Below, one piece after another: positions 47,583 to 59,500 of a DNA stretch of 64,000 nt (positions are counted from its first letter, which is position 1; each line of letters opens with the position of its first letter). The notes under the pieces were generated by a model. That model was not told the DNA's origin. It saw only the letters and a list, made by a program, of their open reading frames with translations, and ran no database searches. This DNA is from Paraphysomonas bandaiensis. Taxonomy: Eukaryota > Protista > Chrysophyceae. The position numbers and the translations under genes are program-made. The stretch spans positions 62,001 through 126,000 of the forward strand of contig CBFFRP010000358.1 in assembly GCA_965644295.1 (NCBI GenBank), written 5' to 3'.

Positions 47583-47647
47583 TGAGGAAATATCAGAGAT
47601 AGCAGTGTGGTGTATACTGTTTCAGTGCGTTGTAGAATGAGTCCTCA

Positions 47648-48802
47648 ATGAGTCTGTGCATATACACACCCACTTATCGTGATATGCACCTAACGCGTAT
47701 CGTGTTGCTTTATCTGGCAGCTACTGGAGCTCTCTTCGCCGATGAGCTGACAGAGAGCGGTCTGGTCTCATACTTGAGTCGGGTGGGTGCATCCATCCCG
47801 TATGAAGAGTCCAGCCACGACAGGTCATGCCCTCTCATAAGCATACGCAGCGCCATCAAGCGACTGAAGCTACCGGGAAGCAACCCCCATGTGCTGGTTC
47901 ATACACCGTGCTTTTCCACTGACTCGTTTGGGAACATGTGGTCCAACTATGTGGAGGCCAGAATATGCGCTAATGTGTCTGGTTTGCACTATGTAGCCCC
48001 TACAATGAGATGGAAGCACATGCGCGGTGATCCGTACTTAGATTCTGTTCCAGCGATTGTGTTTAATTCGAACAAGCAACGTTTAGGGTTCAACGAGGTG
48101 ATGGCCACATGCAAGTGCCCTTCCCTCTGTCACGAGTCTCCGGAAGGCTTGTTGCACAAATACCCCAACATGGTCCGTGATATGTTTCTGCCTCCGGTAC
48201 TTCACCATTCGACATCTATGACCGATGTGCGAGTGTCATCCAGCTGGAGACACACCCTAAAAGCTCCCTACAGCAACAACACGAAGGTTTTGCCGGCTGT
48301 CCCATCTACTGCCATACACTACCGTTGCGGCGATAACACCGTCGGAGCGTACGGGTTTCTGCCCTTTAGAGTCATTAAGAATAGGGTTCCTTATGGTCAA
48401 GAGACTATTTATATTTTAGCAGAGCCAGCCACTAGGAAAACTAAGTTTCAGCAGCAGCAGCGTTGTAATATCATCCTCGACAGGCTGCACGCTTATGTGG
48501 CTAATCACTTCAAAACCTCTACCGTTTTGACTCTTAGAGGTGCCAATATGTATGATGACGTTGCGCGGTTGACATTAGCGGAAACTGTAGTTTGCAGTGT
48601 GAGCACTTTTTGCTTCTTCCCTGCGTTGGCGTCATCCCGAACAGTATATTTTCCAGTCACAGATCTGGTTGCAAAGTCCAGGAAGCCGTTCTACCGTCCG
48701 AACTTCATATGGCTTAACAAAGACAGCGAGAAGGTATTGCTTGGTCCTAAGAGTCTTCGGATGGATATTAAAACTCTCATTGCTACTCTAACTGCATCTT
48801 AG
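47648..48802 (+). CDS. Secreted/Golgi protein, GT11/GT23 fucosyltransferase-like, intronless
   Basis: AIHYRCGD (HxRxGD-like donor motif) and DDVARLTLAETVVCSVSTFCFFPAL; signal peptide after the second Met. Confidence 0.55.
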   Translation: MSLCIYTPTYRDMHLTRIVLLYLAATGALFADELTESGLVSYLSRVGASIPYEESSHDRSCPLISIRSAIKRLKLPGSNPHVLVHTPCFSTDSFGNMWSNYVEARICANVSGLHYVAPTMRWKHMRGDPYLDSVPAIVFNSNKQRLGFNEVMATCKCPSLCHESPEGLLHKYPNMVRDMFLPPVLHHSTSMTDVRVSSSWRHTLKAPYSNNTKVLPAVPSTAIHYRCGDNTVGAYGFLPFRVIKNRVPYGQETIYILAEPATRKTKFQQQQRCNIILDRLHAYVANHFKTSTVLTLRGANMYDDVARLTLAETVVCSVSTFCFFPALASSRTVYFPVTDLVAKSRKPFYRPNFIWLNKDSEKVLLGPKSLRMDIKTLIATLTAS

Positions 48803-50400
48803 ACAAGTAGTTATATGCAGTACTTTACAGGCGGTTCTTAGATATCTGGGGCTTGTATGGCAAAGTGTGTTGCACGTTTCATTAATTTCACCACAGCTCC
48901 TAAGCAGGCTATATCATTTTGCAGTCAAACTTTTGAAACGTGTGTGGAAAGCCTGAGTATTGAAATTTTGGATAAGAGATGATACTCGTTTCGAAAGGTT
49001 AAATTGCAGTTTATCTTAATGATATCCATATGCCAAACTTAGAAAAATCGAAGTTTTATTGGAGTTGACAGGCTGTCGTTGTGTAATTATTGTTATCTAC
49101 CGAGTTATATAAGGCTATATTTTCCCGGCGGTGATATGAGTATTCTATTGAATTTACAGGTTAAGTTTTTGACAAGATTTGGATAAGTCAATATAATATT
49201 ATAAAGTGTTGTATTTTTAGTGCTTTTGTATATCTTCGCTTGCTATATCATTATCCTCGCTCTGATAGTACATTGCCCCAGAATTGAGTCATTCACCTTC
49301 GCTTGCTGAACATATAATATCATATAACTATTGCTGCTTCCTTACAATTACTACAGAAAGAGTCTCTCTGAGAGACCAGCAACACAAAACCTATCAGCCT
49401 ACGGCTTACGGTACTGAACCCATTTCTTGTGACATATTGACCCCCTGTTATAGCCCTATTCACTCTAAACTTTGGAATTTATCCCTTTTCTAGCAAATAC
49501 GAATGCATCACGAACGTAACATATATCATATCGGTGTCATAACCAGGGTGGCGATTAGGGGTAGATTTGATCAAAACACCTCATGAGCAGATATGGAGAA
49601 TCAATCCACTGAAACTATACTGTCAAAAAAATAATAACAAACGGTTTCTTAGCCTGTTCACAAATTGTACGTAATAAATATGAAAGAGATGACGGTCGAA
49701 TACTTTGGAACCGTGTACTGAACAGTAATAGTTTGGGCGGATATGGCGATCATTGACTGTTTAGACTGGCGTGCTCTTACAGATCACAAGAAAAACATAT
49801 CTATACGAGGGATGGCAGCATCAATTTAAACAGTATGGAGTTTACTATTTGGTGAATAGCTTGACAGAGACAGTACAAATTCTAATATTGAACATGAATA
49901 GCGTTCTTCGTTGCAGGTATGTATCAGAATTGCTCGAAGCAATATTAATAGATGAGTGATGTGATTATGAAGCATAATTTATGATTAATTTAATATATTA
50001 TCACACAAGCATGAGCAATATATATCAATATATTACAATATACTGCGAGGCCAAATTTTGCTAAAATAATTATCAATATATTGTAGCGAGCAAAATTAAA
50101 TATATGCAATATCTGTAATTTGACATTGTCATAATTGGTGTAAAAATCTAGTCAAGTTGATGGAAAACCTAGATTTCAATAATTACCATTCTGAGTTTAA
50201 CAGCGACTAAGTTGAATAGGTGCTTATGGTATATACGTATTTACCTATGCACAGTTCTTGAAAAAATAAGAGCAGGTTAATTATCTTGCTATTACATACT
50301 ACTGCAACTAAATATAAAAGTGCTTTATGCTATATGCCTCATATCACACTTCTCTACAAACTAGGGTTCCTGCCACGAAAATGAGCCCAACACCGACGAC

Positions 50401-51513
50401 TTAACAATGCCAGTGTTCCTCTGTCGCCCTTCTGTACAATAGACGCTTGGCGTACTCATACAACTCTATGTCCGCGGCATTTCGAGCACGCAGGTGTCTA
50501 ATGATAGCAGGAGGCATTAAGTCAGTATATCTTCCTGATATATTTAAAGTGCGTTTGTGTTTTTGGATGAAGCCGGGACGCGCATGCAATTTCAGGAGCT
50601 TCTCAGCAAGGTTGTGCGATATATTCAGAGTCTTCATGAGCGCTCCAGTGCTGCAGGTGGAATGTTGCTCGTCTGACAGAATAAAATCAAAATATTTATC
50701 GAGCATATGCTTGGCAGTGGCAAGCCGGCGAGGAGCTCTTTCATATGCCAGGGCGACATCACAACCGAACCCCCGTGCCACATGACTGTCACTCAGATTC
50801 ACCAAACTATAGTTGTTGGTAACGAACCCGTGGGCATCAGGAATACAAAAAGATTTATTGTGCTGACAGCCTTCAGAAGAATTGACCTGCTGTGCAAACA
50901 ATTTCTGCGCAGAGTAATCATAAGGTATCTTGCCAGCTGTTAGCCGTGTCACAAAATAGTTGTCCAGATAGCCATCGCGAACAGTTGAATGATTCATCCA
51001 ACGGTACCACAGATCTTCATTGGTTCTAATGTATTCCAGAGCCTCTAGTGTGGTATTTAGATGACAGCTACAAATTGTAGGATCAACCCACGTATTGCTA
51101 CACACATCTCGACAAGGGCGGGCGAATCTTTTTATAGTGCCTAAACCTAATCCAGTCTGAGTCGATGCAAAAAAAGCTTGTGAACCTATCCGAGAAATAG
51201 GATCCCGTAAATTCGTGAATAGAACCCAATGACGAGAACTATCGGACCGCGCATGAAATATATTTTTGCATAAAGGTTCGTTGTAGCATTTATATTCATT
51301 ATGAAAGATGGTTGCGAACTTGAGAGGGGCAGACGTATTCGCATACCAGTATCGCAACATTTCAATTATATTAGTGCCCCCTGCCTTCCTCATATGAAAT
51401 AACACCAGCGTTTTATTTGAATCTGGTGTGTTTCGGTTCATACTATCGGAGAGTGTGAGCTCATGAGACAGTGAGACGGCTGTCAGCAGAGTGAGTAGAG
51501 AGACTGCACTCAT
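50401..51513 (-). CDS. Carbohydrate sulfotransferase, intronless
   Basis: 5'-PSB FHMRKAGGT, 3'-PB LRDPISRIGS, C-terminal NAADIELYEYA; signal peptide. Confidence 0.85.
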   Translation of the reverse strand: MSAVSLLTLLTAVSLSHELTLSDSMNRNTPDSNKTLVLFHMRKAGGTNIIEMLRYWYANTSAPLKFATIFHNEYKCYNEPLCKNIFHARSDSSRHWVLFTNLRDPISRIGSQAFFASTQTGLGLGTIKRFARPCRDVCSNTWVDPTICSCHLNTTLEALEYIRTNEDLWYRWMNHSTVRDGYLDNYFVTRLTAGKIPYDYSAQKLFAQQVNSSEGCQHNKSFCIPDAHGFVTNNYSLVNLSDSHVARGFGCDVALAYERAPRRLATAKHMLDKYFDFILSDEQHSTCSTGALMKTLNISHNLAEKLLKLHARPGFIQKHKRTLNISGRYTDLMPPAIIRHLRARNAADIELYEYAKRLLYRRATEEHWHC

Positions 51514-52068
51514 AACACTCACAGAGCACTAGTAAGGTCTCTGTATGAGTATGTGTGTGTGATAGCAGGTGTGGGATCGGGTCATTGCTGTCATCCACAT
51601 GACTGACCTGATTGACTCCATCAGACATGCAGTTCATGTATGTCGCCGTCCACTTAGCCTCCTGAGATACACATAAACACGACATGAGACCTATGAGTCG
51701 CTCTTCACATCAGCTGATGACAATGTTGTGACGAAGATGGAACATACTGCTGTGGGCTGTCGGCTTCACTCGCTCTATCGTCCATGTACAGAAGGAGATA
51801 CCCACCCAATCAAATCCGAGATATCAGAGTTGTAATTTTCAGTTTAGTTTAGTTGACTGCTGAAGATATGCGATTAAATATATCCCATATATGGGATAAG
51901 AGCAGGTACTATGACTGTGTTATGAGCAGGGTTATGTATCTACAATACACACACACACACATATGTATGAGAACGGAGTACACTGATAGTTATATTAAGC
52001 GACTTCTCGGTTCATAAGTAACCTACACACTAAAGAAAAAGACATCACAAACAGAAATTCCTGTTAGT

Positions 52069-53405
52069 ATGGATCGTCGAGCAGCCAATGAGAAGATGCT
52101 GAGAGAGGCCACTGATACTCAGAGCAAGACGAAGGAGGCGGTTACTCGCATCCAGCAGCAGACGGCCGCCACAGAGGAGCTGGGCGCTGCTACTCTTGAA
52201 GAGCTTCGAGCACAAGGCCGACAGATGGATGAGATTAATGCCGATGTGAATGAGGTGAACAATAAGCTTGACACCGCCCAGGGCCTGCAGGACAGGTTCG
52301 ACGCATGGTCCGGCAACATCTTCGGTTTCAAGAAGCGCGCTGCTAACAAAGAGGCCGCCAGTGAAATTGCATCTCGTGCAAGGGAAGAACTTCAAAACAT
52401 AAAGGAAGTCTTCGAGAATGAAAAGTACGACATGATGAGTCGGAAGTGGAGATCTGTTGGCATGACACTTTGCAACAGTCCCAGTACCAAGGCTCCTGAA
52501 TTGTTCGATCCCAATTCCCAGGGTGCAGTAGGCGGGGGTCATACCAAGTGGGACATCGACTTCGGGTTTGCAGGGATAGACAGAGAGGGATGGACTTATG
52601 CCAATGACTTCGCGTACCTGAATAAGCACGGCGCTGGTAATATCACTTTTTGTTTGAAACAACTGTTAATGACCTTCTCACATTATAGGTACCCCCGAAC
52701 CAGCCTGGAACTCTTATGCGCGCCGTAGGAAATGGAAATATAGTGAAAAGAGCGGTAACGAAGTAGTTGACGGGTAGGTCACACTTTAAATTAAAATCAA
52801 CTATCCATTAAATCATTGTGGTTGACTGCTACTTGCAGAGTCCGAGCACGCAACAAGGAGCGTATCTCCGCCCGTCAAAACCAAGCCCATGGTCAGACTG
52901 AGAAGATTGGCTACGTTCCCAGGAACAATGTGAGCGCAATGAAGGCATCAGGCTTAACAAGCACCAACCGGACTGCTAAGAACAAGGAGGAGCTGGACGA
53001 AGAATCGAAGAAAGGTCTTGCAGTACTGAGCCAAGGTACTATGATGGGGCAATTCATGCTGAAATTTCAATAGGCATCGCATGTTTGGATAGTAGGCTGA
53101 CATTAGCTGTTTACAGGTGACGCTGAGATTGATCAGGGTATAGATGCGATCTCAAAGGGGCTCGATAACTTATCGTCGATTGCCAACAACATGAAGGAAG
53201 AGGTACTCACTCACCTGTACTCCACACTTTCATGTTCAATTGCTGTGTTTTTTGCCATATGAATAAAGACGAATATATTTACGTAATACCTTGTTTGCAG
53301 ACTAGGAGCCACAATAAGAAATTGGAAGCTATTGAGAGCAACATGGAAAGGGCGGCCAACAAACAAGCTGTCGTCAATGCCAGACAGAGGAGGTTCCTCT
53401 CTTAG
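52069..53405 (+). CDS. SNAP-25-like Qbc-SNARE with an internal dysferlin (DysF)-type domain, 5 exons
   Basis: Qb motif TEELGAATLEELRAQGRQMDEI; Qc motif DAEIDQGIDAISKGLDNLSSIANNMKEE|TRSHNKKLEAIE; linker WDIDF..IDREGWTYANDF...YARRRKW; canonical introns; stop TAG at 53403-53405. Confidence 0.82.
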
Positions 53406-55202
53406 TTTTAATGCCAACAAGCTCGCACATCCACCCTTGCACAGACCTATGTATGTCATTCATCTATTAACATATTTGATTATATCTATTTCTCCGTTTC
53501 TAATGTTCAGCGCACCCCTTAAACTGTAACTTGCATAGCTAGCCATCTATCTCCCGAGTCATCTAACTTCCCCTGTCTTTCTAGTTTATATATCATCCTT
53601 CCCTCATCAACATTCATATATAACTCTTCCTTTCTTCAATGTGACATCAAAGTTGCAGCATGAATCGCATGTAGTGGTGGTGTGCGTTATGTATTACCGT
53701 ATTACCAGTGAGATCTATAGTAGGTAATGTCAATTATCTACACTAGTAGTAAGGCCCGAATTAAGTCCATAAGATATGAAGCTGCAAATCATTGGTTGTC
53801 ATTATTTATACATGTCGCTAACTAACAAACTCATTCTTGAATACTGTGCTCCTCTTTGGCAGATATCTTGGAGACTTTGTACTTCCTCATAGGAATGTTT
53901 CTGTTGGAAATTGCACATTCTTAACTAGATCTCAGAGAGAACTTGTCGTTAGACTAGATAGATTACTTAATATCATTTACATGAAGTTGTGATAAACAAC
54001 ACAAACTCATTTTGTTCCGCGCTTAAGCTCCTACACATGTGAACTGTGAACCTCTCGCTATTAAATATGTCTTAAAAGATCAAACTATATCAGTTTCTCA
54101 ATATCATCACAGCATTTGTACGTCACTATATCTCACTGTATTCTCGTACATTGTCTTCAAGTGACATACTAGAATAAGATCCATATTCTAATATCGTCTG
54201 AAGGGTAGAGTGTATCAAAATTTCTGCTTATCAATATAGCTTGGTACTGCATACTGCATACTACAGAACAATGAGACATACAATACCAGTAAGGCCCAGT
54301 GCAGTATACTGTATAGTCGAAGTCTTGTGACTAGTAGATAATTATTGCAGAGTTGTAAAACTCTCGACTTCATTACTAACTCTTTAGTCAGTGTGAATAA
54401 TGGTTGCACGATAAAGAACCATTGTATTAGTAATAATAGAAGTTATCGTACAGATACGAAATTTTGATCAAAATCTAAACACACTTTGGCTATATAATAC
54501 CTAACATCTAAACCTGCGGACTTCAGGATTTTGAGTCCTTCAGATGCATTCATCCCCAATGCTCGACTTCAATAGGGAGACCAAAAAAATCTGGTGTTGG
54601 TTATTGACGCCTACTGCTAACAATAAGACTTGCACGGGTCCAAAATCCCCGGTTACCCTTAAGTTGTTGCGGTGGATCTATTCCCAGATGCCTGTTTATT
54701 CGTCAGGGTCCAAAGATGCCTGTTTATTTGGCTATAAGTGAGTAGTACTATATTTGCGAACCCTTTTGTCAATACATACTACATACACCTCACACTCTCA
54801 GGGTATCATGATGATACAGTTCCCCTGAGAGCTCATTCATGAAGAACATCTACCTATGATAAGTACGGATCAGCTTCACAGTAACTATCACGCATGCGTG
54901 AGAATAGGCATTTCATCAAAAGCTAACCAACGACCCCGAATCAGCCAAGTGCGAGACCATTCACTGTCGGGAAATATTATTCAACCTACGACCGACGTCG
55001 TAGTCAAACTAGTCACATAATTTTGTGGTGTAAAGTGTAAACACCTAGTCATAAATGTACTTGCATATAAATACGCATTACAGCTGTTGCCATGAGAATA
55101 TATATACGTAGGTTGTGTCAAACGGCATTGAATATAGTTAGGGCTGATTGATTTACTACAGGAGAAACTGCAAGTAGCTAAAACTTATAACACACTTGCA
55201 AT

Positions 55203-56077
55203 TTAACGATTAGCCTTAGCCACACGCTCGATCTCGTCCTTCTTCTTAATGGCGTAGCTGTTTGAAGAACCGCGGGCAGCGTTGATAATCTCATCGGCGA
55301 GGCATTCAGCGATTGTCTTAACATTGCGGAAGGCAGACTCTCTTGAGCCAGTGGTCATTAGGTAAAGTGCCTGATTCACACGGCGGAAAGGAGAAACATC
55401 CACAGCTTGACGACGGACCACACCGGCGGTACCGACACGAGTGGAGTCTTCACGGGGGCCGCTATTGATGATGGCATCCACCAACACCTGCAAAAACTCT
55501 TTACGATCCACACATACCGCAATATCACTACATTTATAAGGCGCATAAACTTCACAAACAGTACATATATCAGGTACGACATGTGTAAGCACTAGCACTG
55601 TTAAGTACGGGAAAAATGGTGCTGACCTGAACAGGGTTCTGGTCAGTGAGAATGTGAATGATTTCGAGGGTGTGCTTGATGATGCGGCATGCCATAAGCT
55701 TCTTGCCAGTGTTTCTGCCGTGGCGCATCAAGCTGCAAGCAAGGCGCTCCACAATGGGGCACTTAAAAATGTTTAGTAGGGCAGAGTGCACAGCTAGCAA
55801 AGGATTCACCTGAGCCTTGCGGAAGCTCTTGCGTTGATATCTGCCAGCGGTGTGGTTCATGTAAGTGGCGTGCTTTCCTTTAACAGCAATAAAATCCTAG
55901 TGAAAGAATTAATTAAAACACACACATATCAACAGACGCTCTTACCACAAGAGAGATGTCGCTGATCTCCACCTCGTCTAAGGCCCTGTGAGTGTAGTTA
56001 GAGGAAGGGAATGACATACAACAAAACTATTCCAACCATTTGCCAAAAAGCTTAATTTCGTTAGCAGGTTCAGCCAT
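55203..56077 (-). CDS. RPS5: 40S ribosomal protein S5 (uS7), 5 exons
   Basis: [56 protein letters not shown]. Confidence 0.98.
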
Positions 56078-56535
56078 ACTGACAGCAGTTAATACAATCA
56101 ATCAACCAGTTAATAATCCGAGATCATAACATACATACATTCACGATTCAACACTGTGTTTTTAGTAAGTTATACCCATCTCATAACAAGAACCACACCT
56201 ATGATAATATCTTAAACAGACGTGATTTTCAGTTCCATTGTATTATGGACTACAGGATATTGCATAGCAATCCATTCTGGATTCTATAAAATAACCAGTT
56301 TTTCATTCAAAAGAGCGCTAATATCAGTCATGAGTATCACAAAACCCATAAAACCCGGCATAGTTGGCCTACTGTGTATATATCGTCCAAAACCCATTTA
56401 AAATTCAACCCTCTACTCTGCCTCTATTTCAAATGAAGTGGAAATGAGGCACAATCATACGCAAACACACTTTATTTAAGCCAAATACATAGAGATCGAG
56501 TGTATTCCATCTCTTCGGCCTATCCTGTGGGAGCC

Positions 56536-59500
56536 ATGAGCCTGATGATTCCTTCTAGTTTCGATGAGAGAGAGGATGATACAACTCTGCGCACATTAAT
56601 CGACTTCACACTCACTGACTCGGATGGAAATATGATTCCTCTGAGTGCTTTGGGGGATGGACAAGCCCATGCTGAGGCCACAGGATACGTGATGGAGCCG
56701 CTCCCTGTCGCCTGGAGAGAGAAGCTACTCGAAATTCTTTCGTCGTGCTCTACAGCTGACTGCGAACGACTTGGAATCAGTCTGACCACAACTGTCTCCA
56801 ATCCCCCCCTTCCACTTTCCCCTGTGGACTGGGATAGTATTAATGTAGGTAGTGTATTGGATGGGTATTGCACGAAAACTTTAAAGTGGTACGAGGCGAA
56901 AGTTGTTGAGGTTGCGAAGGTCGTCTCCAATGACAAGCCAGAAGGTACGCAATGTGGCGCTGTCGTGTGTAGTGGTCGTTACAGAAAGCATACCACAGTA
57001 GCTGTAATCGATATACTTGAGTTTTTATTGCGTTTATGTTGAAAGCTCACTAGTTTACAGGGGAGGGGTCCTCATATAAAGTGCACTTCAAAGGATGGAA
57101 CTCTAAACATGACGAATGGATTGAACGGGGATCCGACCGTCTCTCTGCTCACCACTCCATGACTCAGGCAGCAGACATGCAGGATGTTGTTCAGCGAGTG
57201 ATTGTACCCTGGTATGAGAATACCGATCTCTATCAACAGGTGCTGGCGTGTGCTATGTTTGGTAACACTCAGTCATGTTGAGTGATGTGTCCACCTCTTC
57301 AACACACTTATAGTTGTGTATATAAGGTACAAAGAATGCTGGGACCTCTGCCGCATAGGGATGTCATTCCCATTACAATACCTGATGTAGAGGACTGGTA
57401 AGTATATTTATCTGTATAGGTGACAGCCTGTATATTGTACTTGGGTTAGGTGTAGTTTTAGCGCGAGCCTTGTAGCATGTTTTCTATGTGTTACCTGATA
57501 CCATCGTAACGTTATTGATACAGTTTGAATTGTACTGTTCGTGTATAGGTGTATTGACTACAGCTATGCAAACCCTACTTTGTGGTTGATATCTTCGGCT
57601 GGAGTCTGGTATCGAGTGTGTGGCCCCTTAGTTCCGAAGGGCTGTCAGCCCAGTCCGGAATATAGTTCTATACTTGAGCCGTACTTAGAAAAGTATGCTG
57701 CCGCAGCCCATGTTGCGTTCTGTTTAATGGATTTCTATCCAACCAATCGCAAACTTTCTCTGAGTGATGTTGTTGATGAAATCACCATCAGAAGTGGAGG
57801 CAGGATCGATGAGTGTGTTGTCCTGAGTCACTTTGATTTTATTGCAGAACAACTAACTGAACTTTCGCACCCTAACGACGTGGATGGTACCCTTAACTTC
57901 AGCAAAAGTGTATTTATGTCGCAGTTATTGAAGAAAGGTAAGTCCACGTTGCGGTCCAGAAAGAAAAAAGGACGCCTCTCCGAACGCAAACTAATTGGTT
58001 TGCCAAAGAGTGTCGTGGACAAATCTCACGGCGGCGTATATGATCTTGAGTTCGATACCCCAAAACAAATTTCCAATAGAGAGAAGGTATCTAGAACCAG
58101 TACTGACCCATATGGGACAACCAGGGTCAAAGGAAAGCCTGTGGTTATGAACGACGCAGATCTGTGGGCCATCCAGGCGCAGCATGGTGTCACGCCGCCC
58201 CCTCTACCGTCTCCTCTTCACACTGATGACACTGATAGGTTATTTTCAGTAGACCAACGTCAGACATTTATTCCTTCTGTGCTCCGGGTATGGAGTTGCC
58301 TGATGAACTTTAGGGCCTATCTCGACATTCCGTTTGTGTCTTTGGATGATATGGTGGCTCTGCTGCGGGGTGAATTTAGAGCAACAGATCCACTCTGGAG
58401 TGACCCCTCCTCGGCGCACGCATTGCTGCGTGAGATACATATTGCACTGCTGCGCCAGATAGTGTCCGATCGGAACTCTGCCTCCTCCTACACAAAGGTA
58501 GAGAGGTCACAGTGCTTGCTGAGGAATACAAAGTCAAAGCATCTTTCCTCGGACTACATGGATGCCCTATCATTGCCCATGCCTGTCAAAAATGCTGTTT
58601 GTTTATGGAAAGCCATGGGATGTGATACCCCTCCTGTCGATGGATCGAAGGTTTCTTCCATTTTGCGAATCTGTGAAACCTGGGTCGAGGCGTCAAGACT
58701 GATCATTACGGAAGCAATGGAAGAGAGCCCACCGTCGCCAGAATATTCTGATGTCGTCGCAGACGTCGAGGCGATCCTGGAATCTCTATTGACTAATCCT
58801 ATCAGCAAGTACTTTACCCACGTTTCAAATGTGGAGGTGGATAATGAAAATGGTGGAAGACTGGAGGCAGTGCATGTTACCGGAAGGTGTCCGCACGACC
58901 TAACTTGTGTGCTTGACAAAATTAAGCGTGGTGTATATGAGTTCGGTGCCTACAACGAGAGCCATGACGATAGCAGTGTAGGTATTTTAAATCCTGCTAT
59001 TTCCAATGGGGAGAAAACAGTTACGTTGAAAGTTTTTGATATGCCTATTAGGAAGGGGTTATATGTAGATGCGTACAGCCCGTACATACATGCGTGGAAT
59101 GAAGGTGTGGTTGTCGATATAATACCCACACCTAGTGGTGAGGACAGAGGAAATAGTTTTGTCGTCTCTTTCGAAAGGTGGGGGGATGCGTTCAACGAGA
59201 CATATGATGGCGATACTCTTCTTGTGGCCCCGGCTCGCACGTTCACTAAGAATATCGACCTGCGACACCTTAAACCCGACACTATTTCTGAGGCTGCACT
59301 AAGAAAAATAGTGATGAATTACAAGGAGAATCAATTGAAGACCACACCCCGAGATCGCAGTTATACTCCACACGAGGCCATCAAACGGGATGTCGAGAGC
59401 ATATTTAACGCAGCGATGAATCAATACAGCGAAAACACTGATACATACAATGCAGCAGTCGCTCTTAAGAATGAGTTCCAACGCCAGTATGAATTGGAAG

